Source: Cycas panzhihuaensis
Lineage: Eukaryota > Plantae > Cycadophyta
Direction: 5' to 3'
NCBI GenBank assembly: GCA_023213395.1
Contig: CM041465.1
Span: 58,845,741 to 58,909,740, forward strand
Length of the DNA stretch: 64,000 nt
Under the pieces are notes generated by a model. It saw only the letters and a list, made by a program, of their open reading frames with translations, was not told the origin of the DNA and did not search any database. The first letter of the stretch is position 1; every line of letters starts with the position of its first letter. Shown here one piece after another: positions 13,201-26,109 of the stretch. The position numbers and the translations under genes are program-made.

Positions 13201-14181
13201 GGCTTACTCATTATCTTGGTATTATATGTTGATGATATGCTGGTTGCAAGCAAGAGCATGGAAGAAATCAATAAGTTAAAGGCTCAATTGGCTAGGACTT
13301 TTGATATGAAGGATCTAGGAGCTGCAAAACAAATCTTAGGCATAGAGATACATAGAGATAGGAGAAATAGTAAGCTATGGTTATCACAGTAGAAATACGT
13401 GGAGAAGGTGCTAACCAAGTTTGGTATGGCAAATGTGAAACCAGTGAGTATCCTATTGGCTTCCCACTTCAAGCTTTCTTCGAATATGAGTCCTAGTAGT
13501 GAAGAAGAAAAGGCTTATATATCTCGTGTGCCTTATGCCAGTGCAATAAGAAGTTTGATGTATGCCATGATATGTACAAGACCTGATATTTCACATGCAG
13601 TCAGTGTAGTTAGCAGGTTTACGGAAAATCCAAGAAAGGAACATTGGGCTGCAGTGAAATAGGTGCTTCGGTATTTGAGAGGCATGAGTGACTACTGCAT
13701 CACCTTTCGAGGTACAAGTAATCAGGTTTATGGATATGTTGATTCAGACTTTGTAGGAGATTTAGACAAAAGAAGGTCTACTTCAGGTTATGTTTTTACT
13801 CTTGCAAATGATCCAGTTAGTTGGATGTCCAAATTATAGAGCACAATTGCACTATCAACCACGGAAGCTGAATATGTTGCTACAGCACATGCTTGTAAAG
13901 AAGCAATCTGGTTACAGGGTCTATTGGTTGAGCTTGGAAGGAGACAGAAAAATGTAAAGGTATTTTGTGATAATCAAAGTGCCATTTACTTAGCCAAGAA
14001 TCCAACTTATCACAGTAGAACAAAGTATATTGCTCTTAAGTACCATTTTGTTAGACAAATTGTGGAAGTAGGTGGAGTGGCACTTGAGAAGATTCACACC
14101 AATCAGAATTATGCTGATATATTCACAAAACCAATACCATTAGAGAAGTTCAAATGGTGTTTGACTTCTCTTGGCTTGTAG
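10264..14181 (+). pseudogene. Copia-2 gag-pol polyprotein (gag, protease, integrase, RT, RNase H) with premature stops
   Basis: MAKLAGAKFEVEKFNGKNNFELWKLK; LWHQRL; MNRTLLERARSML; YVDDML; CDNQSAIYLAKNP; essentially one frame interrupted by nonsense codons. Confidence 0.95.
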
Positions 14182-14237
14182 AAAAGATGATGAAGGGTCC
14201 AATAAAGGTATCGGATAATTGTTGTCAAGGTGGAGAT

Positions 14238-14883
14238 TGTTGAATATTATAGCAATAATATTTTAGGGCTAAACTTTTAGCATGTTTTTGGTGTGGTTTC
14301 CCCCCTAATCTTTCTCGAGGGGTTCAAAGGGGGGCGGGAGCCCCCATTAGCTAAGGGGTGCGGGGGGCGTGGAATGCCCCTCGCTAAGAGGGGGTTCGGG
14401 GCAAATAGCCCCCGACCCAAAAAATTGGCCCTATAAACCATATTAAAATGTAAAGAGAATCATGGTCATTCGATACAAATACCCTAGATTCTATAGTTGA
14501 GATTTATGCCTTGGATGTCCCTCTTATGTAGCCTGATTTAGGGCTTTTTCTTATTATGTTGTATGTAATGTAATGTACTGTGATGAGGGCAATGGTTGGT
14601 TGTTGTTCCTGAGAGCACTTTGCTACTGAGATATATTATTTCTCCATTCTATAGCAATAAAGATTGATACCTTTCCTATTTGGATATTTCCCTAGTATAC
14701 TGCTAGGATTTTACCACGTTATATTGGGTGCATATGTGATGTTTGGCTTTCATTTTCATGTTATTATATAATCTCTTATTTTAGAACTTGCATGTAATTT
14801 TAAGTTTCGATTTCTATAACTAGTTGCAAGAATGTAATAGATCTTGGTGGTAGTTAAAGGGTTGGGACCTTGTATTCTCAATA
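14238..14883 (+). repeat. Copia-2 3' LTR
   Basis: Direct repeat of 9553-10191, preceded by the PPT. Confidence 0.93.
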
Positions 14884-14888
14884 ATAAT

Positions 14889-17093
14889 GACACTTAGAAT
14901 AGTTCTTTCTTCAGTTAACTCACTAGGTTGAAACAAATCACATCAGTAGAATCATATACCGATGAGTTCTAAGCACTCCAAAATTGAGTTATCTAATAAC
15001 TTGATTGGCATACCTTAGTTGATATTTACATATTGGGGCTTAAGGGGCATATCTAGATGCACTTAAAATCTTGAACCTTTTACTCCTTAAAGGGCATCAT
15101 CTCTACCACTAGAGTAGTTGAAAAGGAGTTTGTCATAGAACACACCCCCACCTTTAGGCAGGAGTCTAATTAGTGTCAACACCCCCCATTTTCTAGATCA
15201 ATAATAGTAACACCCTCAACTAGAAGAAACTCATCACCCTTAAGCAAACTCTACTAGATGACTTATTTACGTCTTATTTATAGAAGTAGATCATTGGATA
15301 AAGATTGGTTTATATGTCAAATGTTCAAAAAAATTGACCTTAATCCATACTAAGGTGTTTAAGGGAAGGTGAATAATTTTCACAGTCAGCCTAGACTTGG
15401 ATGACAATTTTGAAATTAAAGAAGAGCTTGAGCATGATGATGAGCCCTTAAAAGATTTATCACCACCTAACCCCTACAATGAAATCTCCCTATCTGTTGT
15501 TTCCTCTACTTCCTGTCCAGAACCACTTTGGATGAAAGGGACCCTTTGAAAATTACTCATTTCAATATTGATTAATAATGGTGCATCTTTAAATTTTATT
15601 AATATCTCTATAGCTCATCAATTAAACCTTTATATTCTTCCCAAAACTAGATTTACTTGTTCTTACCTATCCACTAGGCATTGTATTACATTGAAATAAT
15701 TAAAAACCTTCATTTCCAAATTGGCACTTATTGACTCACTTCAAATTTTTACACCTTATCAATAGGAGGATCTAACACCATTCTTAGAGTCCAATGGCTC
15801 TAAACTCTAGGAACATATACTATGAACAACTCCTCTAATAATTCCTTTATTTTATTTAAAGACCACATGGGGTAAACACATAAACTATATGGCATCTAAT
15901 CTCTTCTTAATCGAGTTGTATCTCCTAAGCAAATACACAAGCATTTGAATAATAGCATCAGCTATATTGTTTGAATCAATAATATCCAACATAATGGTAA
16001 CATTCACCCACACATCCATAACCTTCTCTACAAATACTAATATATATTTGCTCCACTTCTTGTAACACCCCCCTAGATCATGGTTTCTACCATTCCATTC
16101 GCCTCAAAACCCCTCATAATCCCATCATCCTTTGCTTATATAGAAATTTATATTTTTTAAAAAATAAAATTAGGAAAATTACAAATGAGTTAGAATGGAT
16201 ATCATATAGCCCAATAAAATCCCTTATAATGTATCTATTATCCTGGTTAGGGAAAAAGGTGGATCTTTTGGCCTCTGTATCCATGACCTCAATAAGATCA
16301 TGATCAAGAGTAAATTTCCTACACCTTGAATTGATAATATTCTTAATGAGATATATGGGACCACAATTTTCTCTAAGCTAGACCTTCAATCTGAGTATTA
16401 CCAAATTCCTATCACCCTAGAAGATAGTCCCAAAACTACTTTTTGCATACATCATGGGCACATCAAATTTCAAGTAATACCTTTCGGTCTTTATAATGCT
16501 CCAACAACATTCTAGGCCTTTATAAATAAAATCCTTGCACTATATCTTCAAAAATTTGTTTATTTTTTTGATAATATCCTAGTATATAGCCTAATTTTAC
16601 AAACTCACCTCTAACATCTAAATACCATTCTTTAGATCCTCAATCATCATAAACTCTATACCAAGTTATCTAAATATGAGCTTGAAAATTTTGAGCTTCA
16701 ATGTTTGGGCCATATCATTTTATCAGATGGAGTCCAAGTTGACCCAGATAAAATTTCTATTATTAACACTTAGCCAAAACCCAAAAATCTCACCCAAATT
16801 AGAGCTTTCTTAGGTCTCATAGGGTTCTACCACTAGTTTATATGAAGCAACGGCTCTATCACTACCCCACTAACAAACCTACTCTGAAAAGATGCCTTTT
16901 ATAGTCTTTAGAGGTAGACTTGGCCTTTGATAACCTTAAGGCTATCATGACTTATACCCTTGTTTTAGCTACCCCAAATTTCTTAGAGCCCTTCCAATTG
17001 GAATGTGATGTATTAGGTTCTAGTTTAGGTGTTATTCTTATGAAAGACTTTCATCCTATAACATTTGAAAGCAATAAACTTAAACATTGTAAA
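14889..17093 (+). pseudogene. Gypsy-2 gag C-terminus, protease, RT and start of RNase H
   Basis: ILINNGASLNFI (protease), [22 protein letters not shown] (RT), FQLECDV..HPITFESNKLK (RNase H). Confidence 0.88.
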
Positions 17094-20000
17094 TGTAGCA
17101 TTCTCAAAATAAAAAAGGAAGTCAATTTTATAAGAGAATTTATTATTATAAAGTTAGTTTTTAGGAGAATTAAAAGAAGAATCATTTATTTTATTTCATT
17201 ATGAAGTCAATTTTCTGGAGGAAAAAAACGAGTTAGGTTTTTTAAGGTTATAAATATAAGAGCCTTCCTCATTTATAAGATAATATTGGAGAATTTTGTA
17301 TATTAGTATAATGGCTTCATGCCATTAGGGCCTTGTGCCTATTGTAGGGTTGCTCTCACCTAAAAGAGAGTTCAACACTGCTAGACAATTTGTATTAAGT
17401 GCTATTATTTTGTTATTATTATTTCTTATTTTCATATGTTATTATGAACAATGTATGAATGATATATGTTTCTACTAAAATCATATTTTATAAGGGCTTA
17501 CCACTGCTCTATATATTATGAATGTGTAAAATATTAGAAAATTACTATTGTAATCATCTAACATTATTATTTAGATAAATATTATGTGTGAATATATGTC
17601 AATATTTCATTATCTGTTGACATATTACTTCTATTCTATTGTTTGCAAGTGTGCTTGGTACACATCACCTCATCACATGTTCAACCTAATTTAATTAAAT
17701 TGATCCTTTAAAAAAATATAAACCTAAGTCACCAAAAATCTTCTATGCTAAATATTTATCCATAATGTCGACTTTACTCATGGCACAACAATATGCTATC
17801 GTGATCCGAACTTTTCTAGAAACCCTGGGCATTAGTTTCCTTCATGCTTTTAAATGACCCTTTCAAAGTTAAAGAGGTACTTCTACAATGAATAATTTCA
17901 TGTGATGATGGCTAAATTATAGATACGAGCCTGTGTATATGCCTCTATGTACTTCCACTAGATATATTGCTCCTTGCATTTCAAAGCAAGGTTATTGAAC
18001 ATATATAAGTATGTTAGAGAGCTAAATGCAACCAAGATTCGATTTAAGTACCTTAGACAATTATTCAAATAGTTTACATTCTGTGCGAGTGATGGCAGTT
18101 AATTCATGCTCTTGTGCAACAAGCCAAGCTTCCCATCTCTTAACCTTGTCACTATTATGTAAAGCATATATGTAATTGTAGGTGTATGCCACTAAAGTAG
18201 GGTGAATTTCCTTAAAAAAAGAAAATTATAGAGATCAAGTCTTCATAGGGGGCTTTTCTTTTAAGTTATATGATCATACTCTATCCAAGTTTCCTAATCC
18301 CATAGGCATGTGACCCTTACCAACCTAAGTTATCCCTGATGATGCACAGACAAAGCAGGAAAATTAGATGAAGGGATCCCTCACCTTGCTACCTGTCATT
18401 GAAGGTTGTCTAGAGCTTACTTCAATCATGCCATGTTGGGATCAACACTCTTGAGTCAAGAATAATGTTCTACAAGTTATCGGGTAGTGGGCAAACCTTT
18501 CATGAAGTCTAGAGGTACTCTAATTGATGGTCTCTTGATGGCACTTTTATGGGTATAACCCTATGATACATAATGACCTTTCCTCATGAACTAGATTTGT
18601 GTTCATTTTGCTCTAAACTTTTCCTAATAAAACTTAGTTTCTCTGATAACCTTACTTTGATTTTGGTCATCACTAATAGTAGTGAATGAGGCTCTAATTT
18701 TATTCTCAATAATAACACGTGACTCTAATACCAGTTGTAGTGGGCCCACTTGTAAACAATAGAACAAAAATAATATGTCTAGTAGATAATAGAATATTGG
18801 CATACATTCACATATAATATTTATCCAAATAATAATACTAGTAAATTACAATAGTAATTTTCTAATATTTTCCACATTCATAGCAGATAGAACAATAGTA
18901 AATCCTTATAAAACATGATTTTAGCATAGACATATATCATTTACATATTGATAACATCAACATATGAAATAAGGAATGATAATAACAGAATAATATCACA
19001 TGATACAAAATGTCTAGCATTGTTAAACCCTCTTCAAGGGGAGAGTGACCATCCAGCAAGCATAAGGCCCTAATGGCATGAAGCTATTTTACCAATATAC
19101 AGAATTCTCCAAGATTGTCTTACAAATGAGGAAGACTTTTCTATTTATAGCCTTCAGAAACCTAACTCATTTTTTCCTTCTAAAAATTTAACTTTATAAT
19201 AAAACAAAATAAATTATTCTTCTTTTAATTCTCCTAAGAATTAACTTCCTTTTTTATTTTAGGAATGTTACATGACATGACATATGGCTAAGCTCTCAAA
19301 AGGGTTAATAAAAGAATATTTCTTTTTATTCTTTTTTAGTTTTATTTTTCAAAGGGGGTGCTTGGATGTTTTTGTCTATAACTCTGACTAAAGGTACCAA
19401 ATTACAGTGTTGTCTGAACCATTAGGTTCTTGGTTCATAGATGATCATTACGAGTGGTCATATATGATAGTTTTATCCAATGAAGAATATATATTTTTAT
19501 CATAAAAGTTATATTTTTTATTGATCAAGAGATTATTGAGTGGTTATTTTAGACATGAATAGATGTTTGACCTTTTTGAGCCCAATGAAAACATCAATAC
19601 AAGAGAATGGGTCGAATGGGTTGAAATTCAAAATCAATTCACGAGGAGTATAAAAAGTAAAGATTATTGGCTAGACTTAGAATTATTCTCAAGAGAAAAA
19701 GCTTCTAATTAGTTCATTAATTGATCCAACTAATCAATAAGATGCACCTATTCATTTTGGTTTTAACATGCATTTATCAAAGCTTTTGGATGAAAAGAAA
19801 AAGATCATCATTATACCCTCAAGCAAGCTGTGGATACTGAAGTATCAAAGTAACTAGATGAAAGGGTAGAAGTAAAAGAAGGAGAAAAAGAAGAAAAAAC
19901 TATTAATGAAGAAATCTCAGAGACTTTACAGGAAAATGAACAAGAACTAGTTCAGGGAGAACAACATGACTACATAGAAGATTTGAAGTAGGCACATATG

Positions 20001-21329
20001 AAAGAAGAGTTTCAAATTAAGATCAAGAAAGAGACTCAAGGTGAAGTTACATAGGAGCAACATGAAGACATAGAAGAACAAGTGAAAGAATAACTAAATT
20101 TTGAAGAATCTCAACAAACTTCATGTAAGGTACTCATTGATCCTATGTTGCACATGTACATTTTGTTTGGTAGTTTAATTTGTCCTCTCTCTTTCCTAAG
20201 TTTAATAGAAATAGAAAAGCCCTCTTTTCCCCATCCCATAATTAACCACAATTCCAATCCCCTTAACTCTAGTCTTTTTGTAGGATAAATCCTAATTCCC
20301 CTTCACAATCCTAGTTCATCTCTTTACTTGTGTACTCCTTCACCCCTTACAGACCAACCTCAATAGGATATTCTACAATTTTAATTTGTTCATTAGGTTT
20401 CATCAATCCATGAACCTGACGATTAATTCTTTTTATAAAATCCTTACTTCTCCTAGCATAAACCATTCCATCTGAAAATAAAATATACAAACACAAGAAA
20501 AAATTAGAATGAGACATTTGACACATCTCACAATTCCTAGGATCCTTCTGATACATAACAAGATATAATATGTACCTAGCCCCATGAACAAATATCGAAA
20601 AATTTAAGATGTTTGCCAACAAAATTCTATAAAAGATGTAAGATCAAGCCAAATCTGTGTAACATACAAGATCTAGCAGATGGTGACTAGAAGATTAGAC
20701 TGAATTACATGTGGTTCTCAACACTTGGAGGGCAAAGTATCATTTTAAGGGGAGGGGAATTGTAGTGTTCCTAAAATAAAAAAGAAGTTAGTTTTATAAG
20801 AGAATTTATTATTATGAAGTCAGTTTTTAGGAGAATTAAAAGAAGAATAATTTATTTTATTTTATTATGAAGTTAATTTGTTGGAGGGATAAAATGGATT
20901 GGGTTTTTTAATGTTATAAATAAAAGAGCCTTCCTCATTTGTAAGACAATCTTGAAGACTTTTGTATGTTAGTAAAATGGCTTTGTACTATTAGGGCCTC
21001 ATGCCTACTTAAGAGTCACTCTTACCTTGAAGAGGATTCAACATTGTTAGACATTTTGTATCAAGTGCTATTATTTTGTTATTATTATTCCTTATTTTCA
21101 TATCTTGCTATTATCAATGTATGAATGATATATGCCTATATTGAAATCATGTTTTATGAGGGTTTACTACTGTTTTATCTACTATAAATGTGAAAAATAT
21201 TGAAAAATTATTATTGTAATGTGCTAATATTATTGTTTGGATAAAAATTATTTGTGAATGTATGTTAATATTCCATTATCTGCTAGATATATTGCTTCTA
21301 TTCTAGTGTTTGCAAATGGGCCTGCTACA
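17094..21329 (+). mobile_element. Non-autonomous (LARD-like) LTR element with three LTR copies and an inverted internal segment
   Basis: LTRs 17094-17662(+), 18736-19272(-), 20761-21329(+); TSD GTAAA/ATAAA; PPT before 20761; PBS on the minus strand at 18722-18733; only a gag-like remnant (~19570-19800), no pol. Confidence 0.88.
18736..19272 (-). repeat. Inverted third LTR copy
   Basis: Reverse complement of 17094-17662 and 20761-21329. Confidence 0.9.
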
Positions 21330-21334
21330 ATAAA

Positions 21335-23090
21335 TGTTACTTATCCATATATAAAAATGAAATAAACGTTATCTTACACATTGTTAATAAATGACACTAA
21401 TATCTTTTGGGCTCTCAATTCACTATCTTAACTAACCATAATAACCTTCGTTACTAGCTCAAATAACCAACCCTCTCTAAAGAGCAAGTAAAATTGATTG
21501 ATTGCTTACAAGTATTCAATTTTAAGATCTCATATAAGAAGGGAAAAGAGAATGTTATTGTTGATAACCCTGTCCAATCTTTCAATAGAGGCTCCTCCCA
21601 CTAAACCAGTCATCCATGTAATCTCCATGCCAAAACCATTATGGTTAGCAGACCTAATAGTTGAGAATAATACACAACTAGATTTTGACAAATGGGCCTT
21701 CAAGGTCCACTCCCAAAAAAATTGGTTCTTACATAACTCCCAACTATTATATCAAAATCCTATATTCATCCATCCCACTTCATCATTTATCCTAAGAATT
21801 TGTATGAATACCATTCCACTCCCCTTGGCAAGCACTCAAGATTTGATAAAACCGATCATTGTATTCAATTGGATTTCTATTGGCCAAACATGAAAGCTTC
21901 AATCCTCTTATTTATCTTTGAATGCAATGTGTACCAATGGAACAAGGTTAAAACAAAGGCCCAACCTAGTCTTCTTTAGCCCCTACATATACCATAAGGT
22001 AAATAGTAAGATATTGCCATGGTTTTTATTAATAACTTACTAGTATAGCAAGATATTGCCATGGATTTTATCACCAACTTACCAGTATCTGCGAGTTTTG
22101 ATTCCATATGTATGATTATTGATAAAATCACCAAGTATGCATACTTCTTAACTATCCATACCTTGTACAAAACCTCTCACCTGGTGGATATCTATATTCA
22201 TTCTATTTTTTACCTCCAGGGTTTCCCTTCAACAATAGATGTGATCAAGAGCCTAAAATTACTAGTACATTTTGGTAAGAACTTTTTTGAGCTTCTAGTA
22301 CTTCCTTTAATATGAGCTCTACCCACCACCCACAAATAGATGGTTAATCAAAAGTCTTAAATAAGACATTAAAAACTTATCTAAAATCTTTGGTTTATAA
22401 CATCAACATAAATAGACTTCATGGCTAGTTATTATTGAATATTAGTATAAATCATCCCACCACTCAGTTATTCATATGTCACCCTTTATGGCCCTCTATA
22501 GATATCCTCCTCCATTGCATCACACCTTGGATACCAATCTTAGAATTACAATAATGTAACAAAAACTTTAGGATATGGATTAGATCTTTCATATACTTAA
22601 ATAAAATCTGGAAGTTGCCTAAAATCACATGAAACTACTTGTTAATTGCCACCACTTAGATCAATCTTTTCATGTGGGTGATTTCATCTTCCTTTGTCTT
22701 CAACTATATAAACAACAATCCCTTCAACGTTATAGAAACCAAAAGCTAATCCATCGTTACTATAGCCCTTACAAAATCCTTCAACATATTGGTGAAGTCA
22801 CTTATACCCTCAAATCCCCCCACTCTAAAATCCATAATATCTTTTATATTTCTTACCTTAATAAATACCTTGGCCAAAACACAGTACCCCAATCTACTTT
22901 ACCAATTTTGGATGAAGAACAATATCTCACTATTCCCCTTGATCACATTCTTGCCATTCGCCATCATTGCCTAATGAATATGATCATTTATGAATATTTG
23001 GTGCATTGGACTAGCTGTGAGCCAGATGAAGTAATATAGAAGTTAATAGAATTTATTAAGAAGTGCTTGCATCTTCTCATTTACTTCGAG
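21335..23090 (+). pseudogene. Gypsy-2 RNase H end, integrase and chromodomain
   Basis: CYLSIYKNE..YLLGSQFTILTNH; MDFITNLP; HHPQIDG; LDHILAIR..EYLVHW (chromodomain). Confidence 0.88.
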
Positions 23091-23116
23091 AACTCAACAT
23101 CCCAAGGGAGGGGACC

Positions 23117-23505
23117 TATTACATGTTCACCCTCTACAAGTGTAGCAGGTTAAGCTAGTACTTAGAGTGTTAGTCATCAAAGGGTTAGTGTTTGTTATTA
23201 ATTTGTATACATTGGTTGTTTATACCCACCAATAGAATTTGAGATCATTTTTCCTACCAATAAGATTTCTTGTAAAAAGGCCTTATATGTCTATTTAAGG
23301 CCTGATTTTATAAAGAATGGTTGTTGAGTCTTATGTTCTTCCTTGAGATTGTTGGTGTCCATTTAATGTTCATTTATACTCAAAGTGCTCTCAAGCAATC
23401 TAAGTTGTAATATAGTTTCCATTGTTCATAAAATTGAAGCTTAGCTACCATATAATTTATATTTTGTACTTGAAGTTAAAGAACCATTGGGTTTGCTACA
23501 TCCCA
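23117..23505 (+). repeat. Gypsy-2 3' LTR
   Basis: Direct repeat of 6973-7382, after the PPT. Confidence 0.9.
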
Positions 23506-23510
23506 ACTAT

Positions 23511-24200
23511 TTAGATGGAATGACTAATTATATTTAATAGAATTTATCTATAGCAATAGTTAACATGCATCATTAGGCATGAGCGCATTTGAAGCATTGT
23601 ATGGGTATAGGTGCAATATACCATTGAGATGGGATAACTTAAAAAATCATAATATGATTGAACAAAAATATTGCAAGAAATTAAGGAGTAGATTACTAGG
23701 ATTAGGAAGTATTTGAAGGCAACTCAAGATTGACAGAAAAACTATATAGATTTGAAAAGGACATTAAAAGACTTTAGTGTTGGGGACTATGTATTTCTTT
23801 AAATGAAACTAAAATAAAGTTTCTTAAAGTTGGGGAGATATACAAAACTAAAAACAAGATACTATAGACCATTTGAAATCCTAGAGAGAATGGAATTAAT
23901 TGCATATATGCTTATATTACCACCTAATTTAAATATGCACAATGTTTTTTATGTTTTATTATTAATATATATATATATATATATATACACGATCCTAATT
24001 ATGTTGTTGACTTGTCAATTATTTAGGTCAAAATTAGAGTGCAATTTAAGGTGGAATCCATATAGATATTAGATTGAAAGGTAAATATATTGCAGAATCA
24101 AGTCATAGAGCAAATAAAGGTCTAATGGAACTGTATGGAACTTTATAAAGCAACTTGGGAGCTAGTAGAGACTACGTTACAATAATATCCATATATTTTT
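23511..24200 (+). pseudogene. Gypsy-1 integrase C-terminus and chromodomain
   Basis: MSAFEALYGYRCNIPLRWD; KLKTRYYRPFEILER; IKV*W..ATWE..YPYIF. Confidence 0.85.
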
Positions 24201-24249
24201 ATAGGGCATGGTCACATCAAGGTCGATGCTTCTTTAAAGGGGGAGAAGA

Positions 24250-26109
24250 TATAATGCTCCATTTGTATCTATTATGGATACCACATTATATATTCTCTTC
24301 TTATATTTCCACTTAGTATTTTTATGTCACTATCTCTTGATATAAATGGGAGCTAGTTAAAAGCCCCATCAGATGTGTAGGATGCACCTTAGTTTGTAGT
24401 TCACATTAGAATATGGTGCTAAATAATCTTAGAGTTGCTAGGTCTATGTGCATATGTTATGCACATGTAAACATTTTTGGGTCCACATACCAATATATTA
24501 TATATAATGTAAATACTAAGACCACTAAATAAATGTGGCCAGATTGCTCACGGATAATAGTAAATAAGAGGGGATACATGATATGAATGAGAGAGAAATT
24601 TTCTAAGGGGTAAATTCTAAAAACCATGAATTTTATGTCTAATCCTATTTAATGATTCCACTTTTTAGCTTAGATAGGAAAGAGTATTAATGATAAGAGC
24701 CTTATGAGAAGAAAGAAAGTCTTACTTTTGGGTTAGTATTAATTGCAAGAGCCTTGTGGGAAAAATGAAAGTCTTACTTTTGAGCTAATATTAATGATAC
24801 GAGCCTTGTGGGGAAAAAGAAAGTTTTACTTTTGGGCTAGTATTAATGATAGGGGCTTTGTGGGAAAAAAAAGAGTTTTGACTTTCAGACTAGTATGGAT
24901 TTTAGTGCCATTTCACTTATTTTAAGGGAATCTTCATTTACTTTGGAGAGATTTGTTTTGGAGACTTCTTCATTCTTAAAGGGGAGGAGGGGAGGGGTTC
25001 ATTCTTTGGGGAGAAAGGAGGAGGTTCATATTTAAAATGAGGTTTTCATTTTTTTCTAAAAATAAACACATTCAAGAAAGGGAGAAATGAGACAATTGTT
25101 AAGGATGGATTGTGTTACAAAGTGGGATCTCGTAGAGATATATTACTAGGTAACACTCACATTTGTATTGTTGATTTCTCTTATGCTAGCTATATTAGAA
25201 TCTATGTTGTTGGTAAATGTACGATGTTATTGCATGGGAAAGCTTTACTAAAAGGGATTACGAGTATACTAGTTGCTCATGTGTTCAATATGTGGGAACT
25301 TCTTCTATGGTGATGAAATATATATTGTGTGGCTTGTAGTGGTAACTCAATTTAAGACCTTGTATTGATCATATATATTAATGGCTTGGTCTAGGACCAT
25401 GTATCAACAATCTATGATAATGGCTTGATCTAGGACCATGCATTAATGATTTGATTTGGAACCATTTGTATGAGTGGTCATTCGATTTAGTGTTAATATA
25501 TTGGGGCAAGAAGAAGCTGGATATGGTGTGATACCATCAAATGAGCCTTGGAGATTCTACATTAAGTTGTAGTATGATTGAAAGTGACAAGCCAGTGGAT
25601 TTGAGATAATGAATTAGGAGTTGGATTTTGAATAAAATGTCAAAAGAAAGTGCCCTAATATCCATATCATGTGTCTTAACTCGGGGGCAGATTTTCATGT
25701 GGAGTTTTTGCATGGTTGGATAGTGAATACCTCTGGGTAGTTTGGTTTTCCCACTTAAAGATAAGTTCATGCTATCTTGATCTTGTGTAGATATTCTATA
25801 AAAGTTATAAAATGAATATTAGGATTATATTACATATGTGAATATTAGGATTATATTTCGATCCTATTATGAAGGGCAAAGTGCATACACACTAGTGTTA
25901 CATAGTACGATCTATATTCTTAAATCTTCTTACGGTTAGCTTAGTATGTAGCTAGTTAATCATGTGATTCATTGCATATTATTGTTGTTGTTATTATTTT
26001 GGTGATGGAGCTTAGATAGTTTTGAGAAGGTGGTATCCTTCATGTCAGAAAAAGGAAAAAGAAGAAAATTTTATCTATTATTTTACATTGTTAAGGTATT
26101 GGGTTATCA
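24250..26109 (+). repeat. Gypsy-1 3' LTR (~1.86 kb)
   Basis: Follows PPT aaagggggagaaga; ends gggttatca at the junction with a minus-strand gag/protease; no second copy in the window to confirm the ends. Confidence 0.65.

Larger units (their letters stand above)
9553..14883 (+). mobile_element. Copia-2: complete Tnt1/Tork-like Ty1/Copia retrotransposon, inserted in the Gypsy-2 gag
   Basis: LTRs 9553-10191 and 14238-14883; perfect TSD ATAAT; PBS tggtacaaagcca after the 5' LTR; PPT caaggtggagat 14226-14237. Confidence 0.95.
6973..23505 (+). mobile_element. Gypsy-2: full-length decayed chromovirus with short LTRs, containing two nested insertions
   Basis: LTRs 6973-7382 and 23117-23505; PBS tggtattaaagcc 7385-7397; PPT 23104-23114; TSD ACCAT/ACTAT; host integrase frame MYMVKQP|FRWND restored when it is removed. 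Confidence 0.92.
931..26109 (+). mobile_element. Gypsy-1: decayed chromovirus (Tekay/Del-like) Ty3/Gypsy element, 5' part outside the window, split by nested insertions
   Basis: gag (KPRPPTFNG..AKAWL), protease, RT, RNase H, integrase and chromodomain occur in order once insertions 3305-5869 and 6973-23505 are removed; PPT 24236-24249; 3' LTR follows. Confidence 0.85.
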
